The translations under genes and the position numbers were made by a program. A model generated the notes under the pieces. That model was not told where the DNA came from and ran no database searches. It saw only the letters and a program-made list of their open reading frames with translations. A stretch of 64,000 nt of DNA from Haplodiscus bocki (lineage: Eukaryota), in the NCBI GenBank assembly GCA_965655095.1, contig OZ296648.1, positions 135,656,001 through 135,720,000 on the forward strand. The letters run 5' to 3'. The first letter of the stretch is position 1. Every line of letters starts with the position of its first letter. Shown piece by piece: positions 1 through 14,900 of the stretch.

Positions 1-3000
1 GTGTTGCCTAACTGATTTTCGGTTTTCTTTTTTAAAATGTCGTGGTGAAAATTTTGAGCAAGAGACTACCTGATGTTTGTCATAGTTACTCTGACATTTG
101 TGATGCTTCGAAAAGCTTAGATATTGTTTTATGTGAGTTGGGTCAAAGTTGTCCCATTTTAACAGATTGAAAATTGGCCTATTGTCTTATTTTTCTGGTG
201 TTGTGTCACTGAACGTCGGTTTGTTGTTTCTGACCATCCTGATGAAATTTGTTATTAATAGACTACGTCATGTTTGTCATAGTTAGTCTGAAATTTGTGA
301 TGGTTCGAAAGACTTCGTTGTTGTTTTAATAGATTTCCGAAGTAGTTCTTTTTTTTCTTGGACCAAAGTTGTAGTTGTGTTGTTCTTTTCATTGTTGTAT
401 CAGCTATTTTTATTTTCCGTTCCAACCATCTTGCAGAAAGGTGTGATTGGAAGATTGCGTTGTTTTGGTCATAATTTTTCTGACATTTGTGATGGTTCGA
501 AAGACTTCTTTTTTGTTGTACGTGACTTCAGAAGTAGTTTTTTTTTCACTAACTGAAAAAAGATGTAGTTGTGTGAACGGTGTTGGCTGTCACTTTTGTC
601 GTTTTTCAACCATCTTGTAGATATTTGTGGTTGAAAGATTAGGTAGTCTTCGCCATATTTTTTCTGACAGCTTTAATGGTTCGAAAAGCGTCTGTATTGA
701 TGTATGTAACGAGTATAGCCCGCAGTAATAGATTGAAAACACAGCGTATTGTGTGAATCATTTTGGTGCTGCGTCACTGATTTTTGGTTTGCTTTTATGA
801 AGCATCGTGGTGAAAATTGTTATTAAAAGGCTACCTGATGTTCATTACATTTACTCTAGCATTTGTTTTGGTTCGGAAGGCTTCGATTTTGTTGTATGTG
901 ACTTCCGAAGTGGTTGTCTTTTTTTTCACAGACTGAACGAAGGTGTAGATGTTTGAACAGTCTCATTGATGTGTCAGTTGATTTTGCTTTGCTTTTTTGA
1001 GCAATCTTGGACAAAATTTGGGTTGGAAGAGTACGTGATGTTCGCCATAGTTACTCCGACAGCTTTATTGGTTCGAAAGGTTTCTATTTTGATGTATGTG
1101 ACGAGTGTGTCACGCAAGAAGAGATTGAGCAAACGGCGATGACTAGTAAACTCTTTCAGCTTGCTTTTTAAAGCATCGTGAGGAAAATCCTTATTGAAAG
1201 ACGTTAGTTAATAGTGAATACTGTTAGTCATAAGTACTCCGACATTTGTGATTGGTGGAAAGGTTTCGATTTTGTTCAAAGTGAGCTCGCAAAAATTGCT
1301 TCCGTGTCAGCAGTATGCTGAAAAAACGGCGTATTGTGTGGATCATTTTGGTGTTGCGTAACTGATTTTCGGTTTTCTTTTTTAAAATGTCGTGGTGAAA
1401 ATTTTGATCAAGAGACTACCTGATGTTTGTCATAGTTACTCTGACATTTGTGATGCTTCGAAAAGCTTAGATATTGTTTTATGTGAGTTGGGACAAAGTT
1501 GTCCCATTTTAACAGATTGAAAATTGGCCTATTGTCTTATTTTTCTGGTGTTGTGTCACTGGTCGTCGGTTTGTTGTTTCTGACTATCCTGATGAAATTT
1601 GTTATTAATAGACTACGTCATGTTTGTCATAGTTACTCTGAAATTTGTGATGGTTCGAAAGACTTCGTTGTTGTTTTATTAGATTTCCGAAGTAGTTCTT
1701 TTTTTTCTTGGACTGAAAGTTGTAGTTGTGTTGTTCTTTTCATTGTTGTATCAGCTATTTTTATTTTCCGTTCCAACCATCTTGCAGAAAGGTGTGATTG
1801 GAAGATTGCGTTGTTTTTGTCATAATTTTTCTGACATTTGTGATGGTTCGAAACACTTCATTTTTGTTGTACGTGACTTCAGAAGTAGTTTTTTTTCACT
1901 AACTGAAAAAAGATATAGTTGTGTGAACGGTGTCGGTTGTCACTTTTTTCGTTTTTCAACCATCTTGTAGATAATTGTGGTTGAAAGATTAGGTAGTCTT
2001 CGCCATATTTTTTCTGACAGCTTTAATGCTTCGAAGAGCGTCTGTATTGATGTATGTAACGAGTATAGCCCGCAGTAATAGATTGAAAACACGGCGTATT
2101 GTGTGAATCATTTTGGTGCTGCGTCACTGATTTTTGGTTTGCTTTTATGAAGCATCGTGATGAAAATTGTTATTAAAAGGCTACCTGATGTTCATTACAT
2201 TTACTCTAGCATTTGTTTTGGTTCGGAAGGCTTCGATTTTGTTGTATGTGACTTCCGAAGTGGTTGTCTTTTTTTCACAGCCTGAACGAAGGTGTAGATG
2301 TTTGAACAGTCTCATTGATGTGTCAGTTGATTTTGCTTTGCTTTTTTGAGCAATCTTGGACAAAATTTGGGTTGGAAGAGTACGTGATGTTCGCCATAGT
2401 TACTCCGACAGCTTTATTGGTTCGAAAGGTTTCTATTTTGATGTATGTGACGAGTGTGTCACGCAAGAAGAGATTGAGCAAACGGCGATGACTAGTGAAC
2501 TCTTTCAGCTTGCTTTTTAAAGCATCGTGAGGAAAATCCTTATTGAAAGACTTTAGTTAATAGTGAATACTGTTAGTCATAAGTACTCCGACATTTGTGA
2601 TTGGTGGAAAGGTTTCGATTTTGTTCAAAGTGAGTTCGCAAAAATTGCTTCCGTGTCAGCAGTATGCTGAAAAAACGACCTATTGTGTGGATCATTTTGG
2701 TGTTGCGTAACTGATTTTCGGTTTTCTTTTTGAAAATGTCGTGGTGAAAATTTTGAGCAAGAGACTACCTGATGTTTGTCATAGTTACTCTGACATTTGT
2801 GATGCTTCGAAAAGCTTAGATATTGTTTTATGTGAGTTGGGACAAAGTTGTCCCATTTTAACAGATTGAAAATTGGCCTATTGTCTTATTTTTCTGGTGT
2901 TGTGTCACTGAACGTCGGTTTGTTGTTTCTGACCATCCTGATGAAATTTGTTATTAATAGACTACGTCATGTTTGTCATAGTTAGTCTGAAATTTGTGAT

Positions 3001-5750
3001 GGTTCGAAAGACTTCGTTGTTGTTTTATTAGATTTCCGAAGTAGTTCTTTTTTTTCTTGGACTGAAAGTTGTAGTTGTGTTGTTCTTTTCATTGTTGTAT
3101 CAGCTATTTTTATTTTCCTTTTCAACCATCTTGCAGAAAGGTGTGATTGGAAGATTGCGTTGTTTTTGTCATAATTTTTCTGACATTTGTGATGGTTCGA
3201 AAGACTTCATTTTTGTTGTACGTGACTTCAGAAGTAGTTTTTTTTCACTAACTGAAAAAAGATATAGTTGTGTGAACGGTGTCGGTTGTCACTTTTTTCG
3301 TTTTTCAACCTTCTTGTAGATAATTGTGGTTGAAAGATTAGGTAGTCTTCGCCATATTTTTTCTGACAGCTTTAATGGTTCGAAGAGCGTCTGTATTGAT
3401 GTATGTAACGAGTATAGCCCGCAGTAATAGATTGAAAACACGGCGTATTGTGTGAATCATTTTGGTGCTGCGTCACTGATTTTTGGTTTGCTTTTATGAA
3501 GCATCGTGATGAAAATTGTTATTAAAAGGCTACCTGATGTTCATTACATTTACTCTAGCATTTGTTTTGGTTCGGAAGGCTTCGATTTTGTTGTATGTGA
3601 CTTACGAAGTGGTTGTCTTTTTTTTCACAAACTGAACGAAGGTGTAGATGTTTGAACAGTCTCATTGATGTGTCAGTTGATTTTGCTTTGCTTTTTTGAG
3701 CAATCTTGGACAAAATTTGGGTTGGAAGAGTACGTGATTTTCGCCATAGTTACTCCGACAGCTTTATTGGTTCGAAATGTTTCTATTTTGATTTATGTAA
3801 CGAGTGTGTCACGCAAGAAGAGATTGAGCAAACGGCGATGACTAGTGAACTCTTTCAGCTTGCTTTTTAAAGCATCGTGAGGAAAATCCTTATTGAAAGA
3901 CGTTAGTTAATAGTGAATACTGTTAGTCATAAGTACTCCGACATTTGTGATTGGTGGAAAGGTTTCGATTTTGTTCAAAGTGAGTTCGCAAAAATTGCTT
4001 CCGTGTCAGCAGTATGCTGAAAAAACGGCGTATTGTGTGGATCATTTTGGTGTTGCGTAACTGATTTTCGGTTTTCTTTTTTAAAATGTCGTGGTGAAAA
4101 TTTTGATCAAGAGACTACCTGATGTTTGTCATAGTTACTCTGACATTTGTGATGCTTCGAAAAGCTTAGATATTGTTTTATGTGAGTTGGGACAAAGTTG
4201 TCCCATTTTAACAGATTGAAAATTGGCCTATTGTCTTATTTTTCTGGTGTTGTGTCACTGGTCGTCGGTTTGTTGTTTCTGACCATCCTGATGAAATTTG
4301 TTATTAATAGACTACGTCATGTTTGTCATAGTTACTCTGAAATTTGTGATGGTTCGAAAGACTTCGTTGTTGTTTTATTAGATTTCCGAAGTAGTTCCTT
4401 TTTTTCTTGGACTGAAAGTTGTAGTTGTGTTGTTCTTTTCATTGTTGTATCAGCTATTTTTATTTTCCTTTTCAACCATCTTGCAGAAAGGTGTGATCGG
4501 AAGATTGCGTTGTTTTTGTCATAATTTTTCTGACATTTGTGATGGTTCGAAACACTTCATTTTTGTTGTACGTGACTTCAGAAGTAGTTTTTTTTCACTA
4601 ACTGAAAAAAGATATAGTTGTGTGAACGGTGTCGGTTGTCACTTTTTTCGTTTTTCAACCTTCTTGTAGATAATTGTGGTTGAAAGATTAGGTAGTCTTC
4701 GCCATATTTTTTCTGACAGCTTTAATGGTTCGAAGAGCGTCTGTATTGATGTATGTAACGAGTATAGCCCGCAGTAATAGATTGAAAACACGGCGTATTG
4801 TGTGAATCATTTTGGTGCTGCGTCACTGATTTTTGGTTTGCTTTTATGAAGCATCGTGATGAAAATTGTTATTAAAAGGCTACCTGATGTTCATTACATT
4901 TACTCTAGCATTTGTTTTGGTTCGGAAGGCTTCGATTTTGTTGTATGTGACTTACGAAGTGGTTGTCTTTTTTTTCACAAACTGAACGAAGGTGTAGATG
5001 TTTGAACAGTCTCATTGATGTGTCAGTTGATTTTGCTTTGCTTTTTTGAGCAATCTTGGACAAAATTTGGGTTGGAAGAGTACGTGATAGTTACTCCGAC
5101 AGCTTTATTGGTTCGAAATGTTTCTATTTTGATTTATGTAACGAGTGTGTCACGCAAGAAGAGATTGAGCAAACGGCGATGACTAGTGAACTCTTTCAGC
5201 TTGCTTTTTAAACCATCGTGAGGAAAATCCTTATTAAAAGACTTTAGTTAATAGTGAATACTGTTAGTCATAAGTACTCCGACATTTGTGATTGGTGGAA
5301 AGGTTTCGATTTTGTTCAAAGTGAGTTCGCAAAAATTGCTTCCGTATCAGCAGTATGCTGAAAAAACGGCCTATTGTGTGGATCATTTTTGGTGTTGCGT
5401 AACTGATTTTCGGTTTGCTTTTTTAAAATGTCGTGGTGAAAATTTTGGTCAAGAGACTACCTGATGTTTGTCATAGTTACTCTGACATTTGTGATGCTTC
5501 GAAAAGCTTAGATATTGTTTTTATATGAGTTGGGACAAAGTTGTCCCATTTTAACAGATTGAAAATTGGCCTATTGTCTTATTTTTCTGGTGTTGTGTCA
5601 CTGAACGTCGGTTTGTTGTTTCTGATCATCCTGATGAAATTTGTTATTAATAGACTACGTCATGTTTGTCATAGTTACTCTGAAATTTGGGATGGTTCGA
5701 AAAACTTCGTTGTTGTTTTATTAAATTTCCGAAATAGTTTTTTTTTCTTG
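1..5750. repeat. HOR-A: 7-monomer unit, ~1350 bp, about 4 copies
   Basis: Equivalent landmarks at 1728/3077/4427 and 1499/4198/5541; 7 monomer motifs per period. The right boundary is approximate. Confidence 0.92.
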
Positions 5751-8700
5751 GACTGAAAGAAGTTGTAGTTGTGTAAGTCGTTTCATTGTTGTATCAGGTA
5801 ATTTTATTTTGCTTTTCAACCATCTTGCAGAACAGTGTGATGTGAAGATTGCGTTGTTTTTGTCATAGTTTTTCTGACATTTGTGATGGTTCCAAAGACT
5901 TCGATTTTGTTGTATATGACTTCCGAATTAGTTTTTTTTTCAGTGACTCAAAAAAAGATGTAGTTGTGTCATCTGTTTCGGTGTTGTGTCACTCTCTTCG
6001 TTTTCGAACCATCTTTTTGAAATTTGTGGTTGAAAGATTAGGTGATCTTCGCCATAGTTTTTCTGACATCTTTAATGGTTCGAAAAGCTTCTGTATTGAT
6101 GTATGTAACGAGTATAGCCGGCAGTAATACATTGAAAAATGGAGTTTTGTGATTTTCTTTGGTGCCGCGTCACTGATTTTAGGTTGGCTTATTTAAAGCA
6201 TCGTGTTGAAATTTGTTTGTTAATAAAAGACTACCTGATCTTCGATATTGTTACTCTGGCATTTGTGATGGTTCGGAAGGCTTCGATTTTGTTGTTTGTG
6301 AGTTGGGAATATTTTGTCCCGTTTTTACGAGATTGAAAGAAGGCGTACTGTGTGAACTAGTTTTGTGTCGTGTCATCAAATTCTGTTTGCTTTGAAACAT
6401 CGTGTGGAAAATTGTTTTCAAAACACTACTTGATGTTTGTCATGGTTGCTATGATAATTGTGATGGTTTGGAAAGTTTCGATATTGTTGCATGTGAGTAC
6501 AGCTAAAGTTGTCGCATTTTAAGAGATTGAAAAATCGCGTATTGTGTTAATTTTCTGGTGTTTTGTCATTGGTCGTCGCTTTGTTGTTTCTGACTATCCT
6601 GATAAAATTTGTTATTAAAAGACTACCTCATGTTTGTCATAGTTACTCTGAAATTTGTGATGGTTCGAAAGACTTCGTTGTTGTTTTATTAGATTTCCGA
6701 ACTAGTTCTTTTTTTTGGACTGAAAGAAGTTGTAGTTGTGTTGTTCTTTTCGTTGTTGTATCAGCTATTTTTATTTTCCTTTTCAACCATCTTGCAGAAC
6801 AGTGTGATTGGAAGATTGCGTTGTTTTTGTCATAGTTTTCCTGACATTTGTGATGGTTCCAAAGACTTCGATTTTGTTGTATATGACTTCCGAATTAGTT
6901 TTTTTTTCAGTGACTCAAAAAAAGATGTAGTTGTGTCATCTGTTTCGGTGTTGTGTCACTCTCTTCGTTTTCGAACCATCTTGTTGAAATTTGTGGTTGA
7001 AAGATTAGGTAGTCTTCGCCCTATTTTTTCTGACAGCTTTAATGGTTCGAAAAGCGTCTGTATTGATGTATGTAACGAGTATAGCCCGCAGTAATAGATT
7101 GAAAACACGGCGTATTGTGTGAATCATTTTGGTGCTGCGTCACTGATTTTTGGTTTGCTTTTATGAAGCATCGTGATGAAAATTGTTATTGAAAGGCTAC
7201 CTGATGTTCATTGCATTTACTCTAGCATTTGTTTTGGTTCGGCAGGCTTCGATTTTGTTGTATGTGACTTCCGAAGTGGTTGTCTTTTTTTTCACAGACT
7301 GAACGAAGGTGTAGATGTTTGAACAGTCTCATTGATGTGTCAGTTGATTTTGCTTTGCTTTTTTGAGCAATCTTGGACAAAATTTGGGTTGGAAGAGTAC
7401 GTGATTTTCGCCATAGTTACTCCGACAGCTTTATTGGTTCGAAAGGTTTCTATTTTGATGTATGTGACGAGTGTGTCACGCAAGAAGAGATTGAGCAAAC
7501 GGCGATGACTAGTGAACTCTTTCAGCTTGCTTTTTAAACCATCGTGAGGAAAATCCTTATTAAAAGACGTTAGTTAATAGTGAATACTGTTAGTCATAAG
7601 TACTCCGACATTTGTGATTGGTGGAAAGGTTTCGATTTTGTTCAAAGTGAGTTCGCAAAAATTGCTTCCGTATCAGCAGTATGCTGAAAAAACGGCCTAT
7701 TGTGTGGATCATTTTTGGTGTTGCGTAACTGATTTTCGGTTTGCTTTTTCAAAATGTCGTGGTGAAAATTTTGGTCAAGAGACTACCTGATGTTTGTCAT
7801 AGTTACTCTGACATTTGTGATGCTTCGAAAAGCTTAGATATTGTTTTATGTGAGTTGGGACAAAGTTGTCCCATTTTAACAGATTGAAAATTGGCCTATT
7901 GTCTTATTTTTCTGGTGTTGTGTCACTGGTCGTCGGTTTGTTGTTTCTGACCATCCTGATGAAATTTGTTATTGATAGACTACGTCTTGTTTGTCATAGT
8001 TACTCTGATATTTGTGATGGTTCGAAAGACTTCGTTGTTGTTTTATTAAATTTCCGAAGTAGTTCTCCTTTTTTCACGGACTGAAAGAAGTTGTAGTTGT
8101 GTAAGTCGTTTCATTGTTGTATCAGCTATTTTTATTTTGCTTTTCAACCATCTTGCAGAACAGTGTGATTGGAAGATTGCGTTGTTTTTGTCATAGTTTT
8201 CCTGACATTTGTGATGGTTCCAAAGACTTCGATTTTGTTGTATATGACTTCCGAATTAGTTTTTTTTTCAGTGACTCAAAAAAAGATGTAGTTGTGTCAT
8301 CTGTTTCGGTGTTGTGTCACTCTCTTCGTTTTCGAACCATCTTTTTGAAATTTGTGGTTGAAAGATTAGGTGATCTTCGCCATAGTTTTTCTGACATCTT
8401 TAATGGTTCGAAAAGCTTCTCTATTGATGTATGTAACGAGTATAGCCGGCAGTAATAGATTGAAATGGAGTATTGTGATTTTCTTTGGTGCCGCGTCACT
8501 GATTTTACGTTGGCTTATTTAAAGCATCGTGATGAAATTTGTTTGTTAATAAAAGACTACCTGATCTTCGATATTGTTATTCTGACATTTGTGATGGTTC
8601 GGAAGGCTTCGATTTTGTTGTTTGTGAGTTGGGATTATTTTGTCCCGTTTTTACGAGATTGAAAGAAGGCGTACTGTGTGAACTAGTTTGGTGTCGTGTC

Positions 8701-8900
8701 ATCAAATTCTGTTTGCTTTGAAACATCGTGTGGAAAATTGTTTTCAAAACACTACTTGATGTTTGTCATAGTTGCTATGATAATTGTGATGGTTTGAAAA
8801 GTTTCGATATTGTATGTGAGTTCAAATAAAGTTGTCCCATTTTAACAGATTGAAAAATGGCGTGGTGTGTTAATTTTCTGGTGTTTCGTCATTGGTCGTC
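5541..8900. repeat. Transitional zone with ~2325 bp (about 12-monomer) spacing
   Basis: Landmarks 5541/7866, 6139/8465, 6213/8539. Confidence 0.75.
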
Positions 8901-11900
8901 GCTTTGTTGTTTCTGACTATCCTGATGAAATTCGTTAATAAAAGACTACCTCATGTTTGTCATGGTTACTCTGACATTTTTGATGAGTCGAAAGCCTTCG
9001 AAATTGACGTTTTTGATGAGTATGGCCCGTAGTGGATTGGAGAAACGGCGTAGTTTATTGAACTGTTTCGATGCCGTTTGTCTCAAATTCGGTTAGTTGT
9101 TTCAAACCATCTAGATAAGAATTGTTATTAAAAGACTACCTGATGTGTTTCATAGTTGCTCTGGCTTTTGTGATGGTGAGAAAGGCGTCAATTGTGTTTT
9201 CTGTGAGTTCGGTTTCAGTCGTCCCATTTAACCAGATTGAAAAATGGAGTGTTTGTGTGAATGATACGGGTGTTCTGTCACTGATTATCTGTTGGATTTT
9301 TCGGAGCATCGTGATGAAAATTGTTTTGAATAGACTACATGATTTGTGTCTTTGTTACACTGACACATGTGATGGTTCGAAAGACTTCGATTTTATTGTA
9401 TGTGACTTCCGAAGTAGCTTTTCTTTTTTCACTGACTGAAAAAAAGATGTAGGTGTGGGAACGGTCTCGGTGTTGTCACTTTGTTCCTTTCTCAACCATC
9501 TTGTAGAAAATTGTGGTTGAAAGATTAGGTGATCATCGCCATACTTTTTTTGACAGCTTCAGTGGTTCGAAAGGCTTCTGTGCTTTTGTGTGTAACGAGT
9601 ACAGCCCGCAGTAATGGTTTGAAAAAACCGCGTCTTTTGTGAATCATTTTAATGCTGCGTCACTGATTTTCGGTCTGCTTTTTCAAAGCATCGTGACGAA
9701 ATTTGTTGTTACAAGACTACCTGATGTTCGATCCAGTTACTCAAGCATTTGTTATGGTTCGGACGGGTCCGATTTTGTTGTATATGACTTCCGAAGTGGT
9801 GCGCTTTTTGTCACAGACTGAGAGAAGGTTAAGATGTGCGAACAGTCTCATTGATGTGTCAGTTAATGTTTCTCTGCTTTTTTGAACCGTCTTGTAGAAA
9901 AGTGTGATTGAACGATATTGTTATGTTCGTCGCCGTTAATGAGAAAATCGTGATGGTTTGAAAGCCTTCGATTTTGTTTCAATTTGGCGATGTACTCTGT
10001 AGTAAAAGATGGAAGAAACGGCGTAGTTGCTTGATTTCTTTTAGTTCCTTTTTAAACCAGCTTGATGAAATTTGTTTTCAGAAGACTACCTGATTTTTTG
10101 TCATAGTTATTCTGACTTTTTTAATGGTTCGAAAGCTTTCGATTTTAACGTAATTGACGAGTATGGCCCGTAGTAGTGGATTGGAGAAACGGCGTGGTTT
10201 AGTGAACAGTTTTGATGCCGTTTCACCCATTTTCGGTTAGTTGTTTCAAACCATCCTGATAAAATTTGTTAATAAAAGACTACCTCATGTTTGTCTTAGT
10301 TACTCTGACATTTTTGATGAGTCGAAAGCCTTCGAAATTGACGTTTTTGATGAGTATGGCCCGTAGTGGGTTGGAGAAACGGCGTAGTTTATTGAACTGT
10401 TTCGATGCCGTTTGACTCAAATTCGGTTAGTTGTTTCAAACCATCTAGATAAGAGTTGTTATTAAAAGACTACCTGATGTGTTTCATGGTTGCTCTGGCT
10501 TTTGTGATGGTGAGAAAGGCGTCAATTGTGTTTTCTGTGAGTTCGGTTTCAGTCGTCCCATTTAACCAGATTGAAAAACGGAGTGTTTGTGTGAATGATA
10601 CGGGTGTTCTGTCACTGATTTTCTGTTGGATTTTTCGGAGCATCGTGATGAAAATTGTTTTGAATAGACTACATGATTTGTGTCTTTGTTACACTGACAC
10701 ATGTGATGGTTCGAAAGACTTCGATTTTATTGTATGTGACTTCCGAAGTAGTTTTCTTTTTTCACTGACTGAAAAAAGATGTAGATGTGGTAACGGTCTC
10801 GGTGTTGTCACTTTGTTCCTTTTTCAACCATCTTGTAGAAAATTGTGGTTGAAAGATTAGGTGATCATCGCCATACTTTTTTTGACAGCTTCAGTGGTTC
10901 GAAAGGCTTCTGTGCTTTTGTGTGTAACGAGTACAGCCCGCAGTAATGGTTTGAAAAAACCGCGTCTTTTGTGAATCATTTTAATGCTGCGTCACTGATT
11001 TTCGGTCTGCTTTTTCAAAGCATCGTGACGAAATTTGTTGTTACAAGACTACCTGATGTTCGATCCAGTTACTCAAGCATTTGTTATGGTTCGGACGGGT
11101 CCGATTTTGTTGTATATGACTTCCGAAGTGGTGCGCTTTTTGTCACAGACTGAGAGAAGGTTAAGATGTGCGAACAGTCTCATTGATGTGTCAGTTAATG
11201 TTTCTCTGCTTTTTTGAACCGTCTTGTAGAAAAGTGTGATTGAACGATATTGTTATGTTCGTCGCCGTTAATGAGAAAATCGTGATGGTTTGAAAGCCTT
11301 CGATTTTGTTTCAATTTGGCGATGTACTCTGTAGTAAAAGATGGAAGAAACGGCGTAGTTGCTTGATTTCTTTTAGTTCCTTTTTAAACCAGCTTGATGA
11401 AATTTGTTTTCAGAAGACTACCTGATTTTTTGTCATAGTTATTCTGACTTTTTTAATGGTTCGAAAGCTTTCGATTTTGACGTAATTGACGAGTATGGCC
11501 CGTAGTAGTGGATTGGAGAAACGGCGTGGTTTAGTGAACAGTTTTGATGCCGTTTCACCCATTTTCGGTTAGTTGTTTCAAACCATCCTGATAAAATTTG
11601 TTAATAAAAGACTACCTCATGTTTGTCATAGTTACTCTGACATTTTTGATGAGTCGAAAGCCTTCGAAATTGACGTTTTTGATGAGTATGGCCCGCAGTG
11701 GATTGGAGAAACGGCGTAGTTTATTGAACTGTTTCGATGCCGTTTGACTCAAATTCGGTTAGTTGTTTCAAACCATCTAGATAAGATTTGTTATTAAAAG
11801 ACTACCTGATGTGTTTCATAGTTGCTCTGGCTTTTGTGATGGTGAGAAAGGCGTCAATTGTGTTTTCTGTGAGTTCGGTTTCAGTCGTCCCATTTAACCA

Positions 11901-14900
11901 GATTGAAAAATGGAGTGTTTGTGTGAATGATACGGGTGTTCTGTCACTGATTATCTGTTGGATTTTTCGGAGCATCGTGATGAAAATTGTTTTGAATAGA
12001 CTACATGATTTGTGTCTTTGTTACACTGACACATGTGATCGTTCGAAAGACTTCGATTTTATTGTATGTGACTTCCGAAGTAGCTTTTCTTTTTTCACTG
12101 ACTGAAAAAAGATGTAGATGTGGGAACGGTCTCGGTGTTGTCACTTTGTTCCTTTTTCAACCATCTTGTAGAAAATTGTGGTTGAAAGATTAGGTGATCA
12201 TCGCCATACTTTTTTTGACAGCTTCAGTGGTTCGAAAGGCTTCTGTGCTTTTGTGTGTAACGAGTACAGCCCGCAGTAATGGTTTGAAAAAACCGCGTCT
12301 TTTGTGAATCATTTTAATGCTGCGTCACTGATTTTCGGTCTGCTTTTTCAAAGCATCGTGACGAAGTTTGTTGTTACAAGACTACCTGATGTTCGATCCA
12401 GTTACTCAAGCATTTGTTATGGTTCGGACGGGTCCGATTTTGTTGTATATGACTTCCGAAGTGGTGCGCTTTTTGTCACAGACTGAGAGAAGGTTAAGAT
12501 GTGCGAACAGTCTCATTGATGTGTCAGTTAATGTTTCTCTGCTTTTTTGAACCGTCTTGTAGAAAAGTGTGATTGAACGATATTGTTATGTTCGTCGCCG
12601 TTAATGAGAAAATCGTGATGGTTTGAAAGCCTTCGATTTTGTTTCAATTTGGCGATGTACTCTGTAGTAAATGATGGAAGAAACGGCGTAGTTGCTTGAT
12701 TTCTTTTAGTTCCTTTTTAAACCAGCTTGATGAAATTTGTTTTCAGAAGACTACCTGATTTTTTGTCATAGTTATTCTGACTTTTTTAATGGTTCGAAAG
12801 CTTTCGATTTTGACGTAATTGACGAGTATGGCCCGTAGTAGTGGATTGGAGAAACGGCGTGGTTTAGTGAACAGTTTTGATGCCGTTTCACCCATTTTCG
12901 GTTAGTTGTTTCAAACCATCCTGATAAAATTTGTTAATAAAAGACTACCTCATGTTTGTCATAGTTACTCTGACATTTTTGATGAGTCGAAAGCCTTCGA
13001 AATTGACGTTTTTGATGAGTATGGCCCGCAGTGGATTGGAGAAACGGCGTAGTTTATTGAACTGTTTCGATGCCGTTTGACTCAAATTCGGTTAGTTGTT
13101 TCAAACCATCTAGATAAGATTTGTTATTAAAAGACTACCTGATGTGTTTCATAGTTGCTCTGGCTTTTGTGATGGTGAGAAAGACGTCAATTGTGTTTTC
13201 TGTGAGTTCGGTTTCAGTCGTCCCATTTAACCAGATTGAAAAATGGAGTGTTTGTGTGAATGATACGGGTGTTCTGTCACTGATTTTCTGTTGGATTTTT
13301 CGGGGCATCGTGATGAAAATTGTTTTGAATAGACTACATGATTTGTGTCTTTGTTACACTGACACATGTGATCGTTCGAAAGACTTCGATTTTATTGTAT
13401 GTGACTTCCGAAGTAGCTTTTCTTTTTTCACTGACTGAAAAAAGATGTAGATGTGGGAACGGTCTCGGTGTTGTCACTTTGTTCCTTTTTCAACCATCTT
13501 GTAGAAAATTGTGTTTGAAAGATTAGGTGATCATCGCCATACTTTTTTTGACAGCTTCAGTGGTTCGAAAGGCTTCTGTGCTTTTGTGTGTAACGAGTAC
13601 AGCCCGCAGTAATGGTTTGAAAAAACCGCGTCTTTTGTGAATCATTTTAATGCTGCGTCACTGATTTTCGGTCTGCTTTTTCAAAGCATCGTGACGAAGT
13701 TTGTTGTTACAAGACTACCTGATGTTCGATCCAGTTACTCAAGCATTTGTTATGGTTCGGACGGGTCCGATTTTGTTGTATATGACTTCCGAAGTGGTGC
13801 GCTTTTTGTCACAGACTGAGAGAAGGTTAAGATGTGCGAACAGTCTCATTGATGTGTCAGTTAATGTTTCTCTGCTTTTTTGAACCGTCTTGTAGAAAAG
13901 TGTGATTGAACGATATTGTTATGTTCGTCGCCGTTAATGAGAAAATCGTGATGGTTTGAAAGCCTTCGATTTTGTTTCAATTTGGCGATGTACTCTGTAG
14001 TAAAAGATGGAAGAAACGGCGTAGTTGCTTGATTTCTTTTAGTTCCTTTTTAAACCAGCTTGATGAAATTTGTTTTCAGAAGACTACCTGATTTTTTGTC
14101 ATAGTTATTCTGACTTTTTTAATGGTTCGAAAGCTTTCGATTTTGACGTAATTGACGGGTATGGCCCGTAGTAGTGGATTGGAGAAACGGCGTGGTTTAG
14201 TGAACAGTTTTGATGCCGTTTCACCCATTTTCGGTTAGTTGTTTCAAACCATCCTGATAAAATTTGTTAATAAAAGACTACCTCATGTTTGTCATAGTTA
14301 CTCTGACATTTTTGATGAGTCGAAAGCCTTCGAAATTGACGTTTTTGATGAGTATGGCCCGCAGTGGATTGGAGAAACGGCGTAGTTTATTGAACTGTTT
14401 CGATGCCGTTTGACTCAAATTCGGTTAGTTGTTTCAAACCATCTAGATAAGATTTGTTATTAAAAGACTACCTGATGTGTTTCATAGTTGCTCTGGCTTT
14501 TGTGATGGTGAGAAAGACGTCAATTGTGTTTTCTGTGAGTTCGGTTTCAGTCGTCCCATTTAACCAGATTGAAAAATGGAGTGTTTGTGTGAATGATACG
14601 GGTGTTCTGTCACTGATTTTCTGTTGGATTTTTCGGGGCATCGTGATGAAAATTGTTTTGAATAGACTACATGATTTGTGTCTTTGTTACACTGACACAT
14701 GTGATCGTTCGAAAGACTTCGATTTTATTGTATGTGACTTCCGAAGTAGCTTTTCTTTTTTCACTGACTGAAAAAAGATGTAGATGTGGGAACGGTCTCG
14801 GTGTTGTCACTTTGTTCCTTTCTCCACCATCTTGTAGAAAATTGTGGTTGAAAGATTAGGTGATCATCGCCATGGTTTTTCTGACAGCTTCAGTGGTTCG

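Noticed and set aside
330-10200. CENP-B-box-like (TTGGAGAAACGGCG) and yeast CDEIII-like (TTTCCGAA) strings
   Set aside because: The essential CENP-B pattern TTCG----A--CGGG is not met, and the CDEIII similarity is too short to be meaningful.
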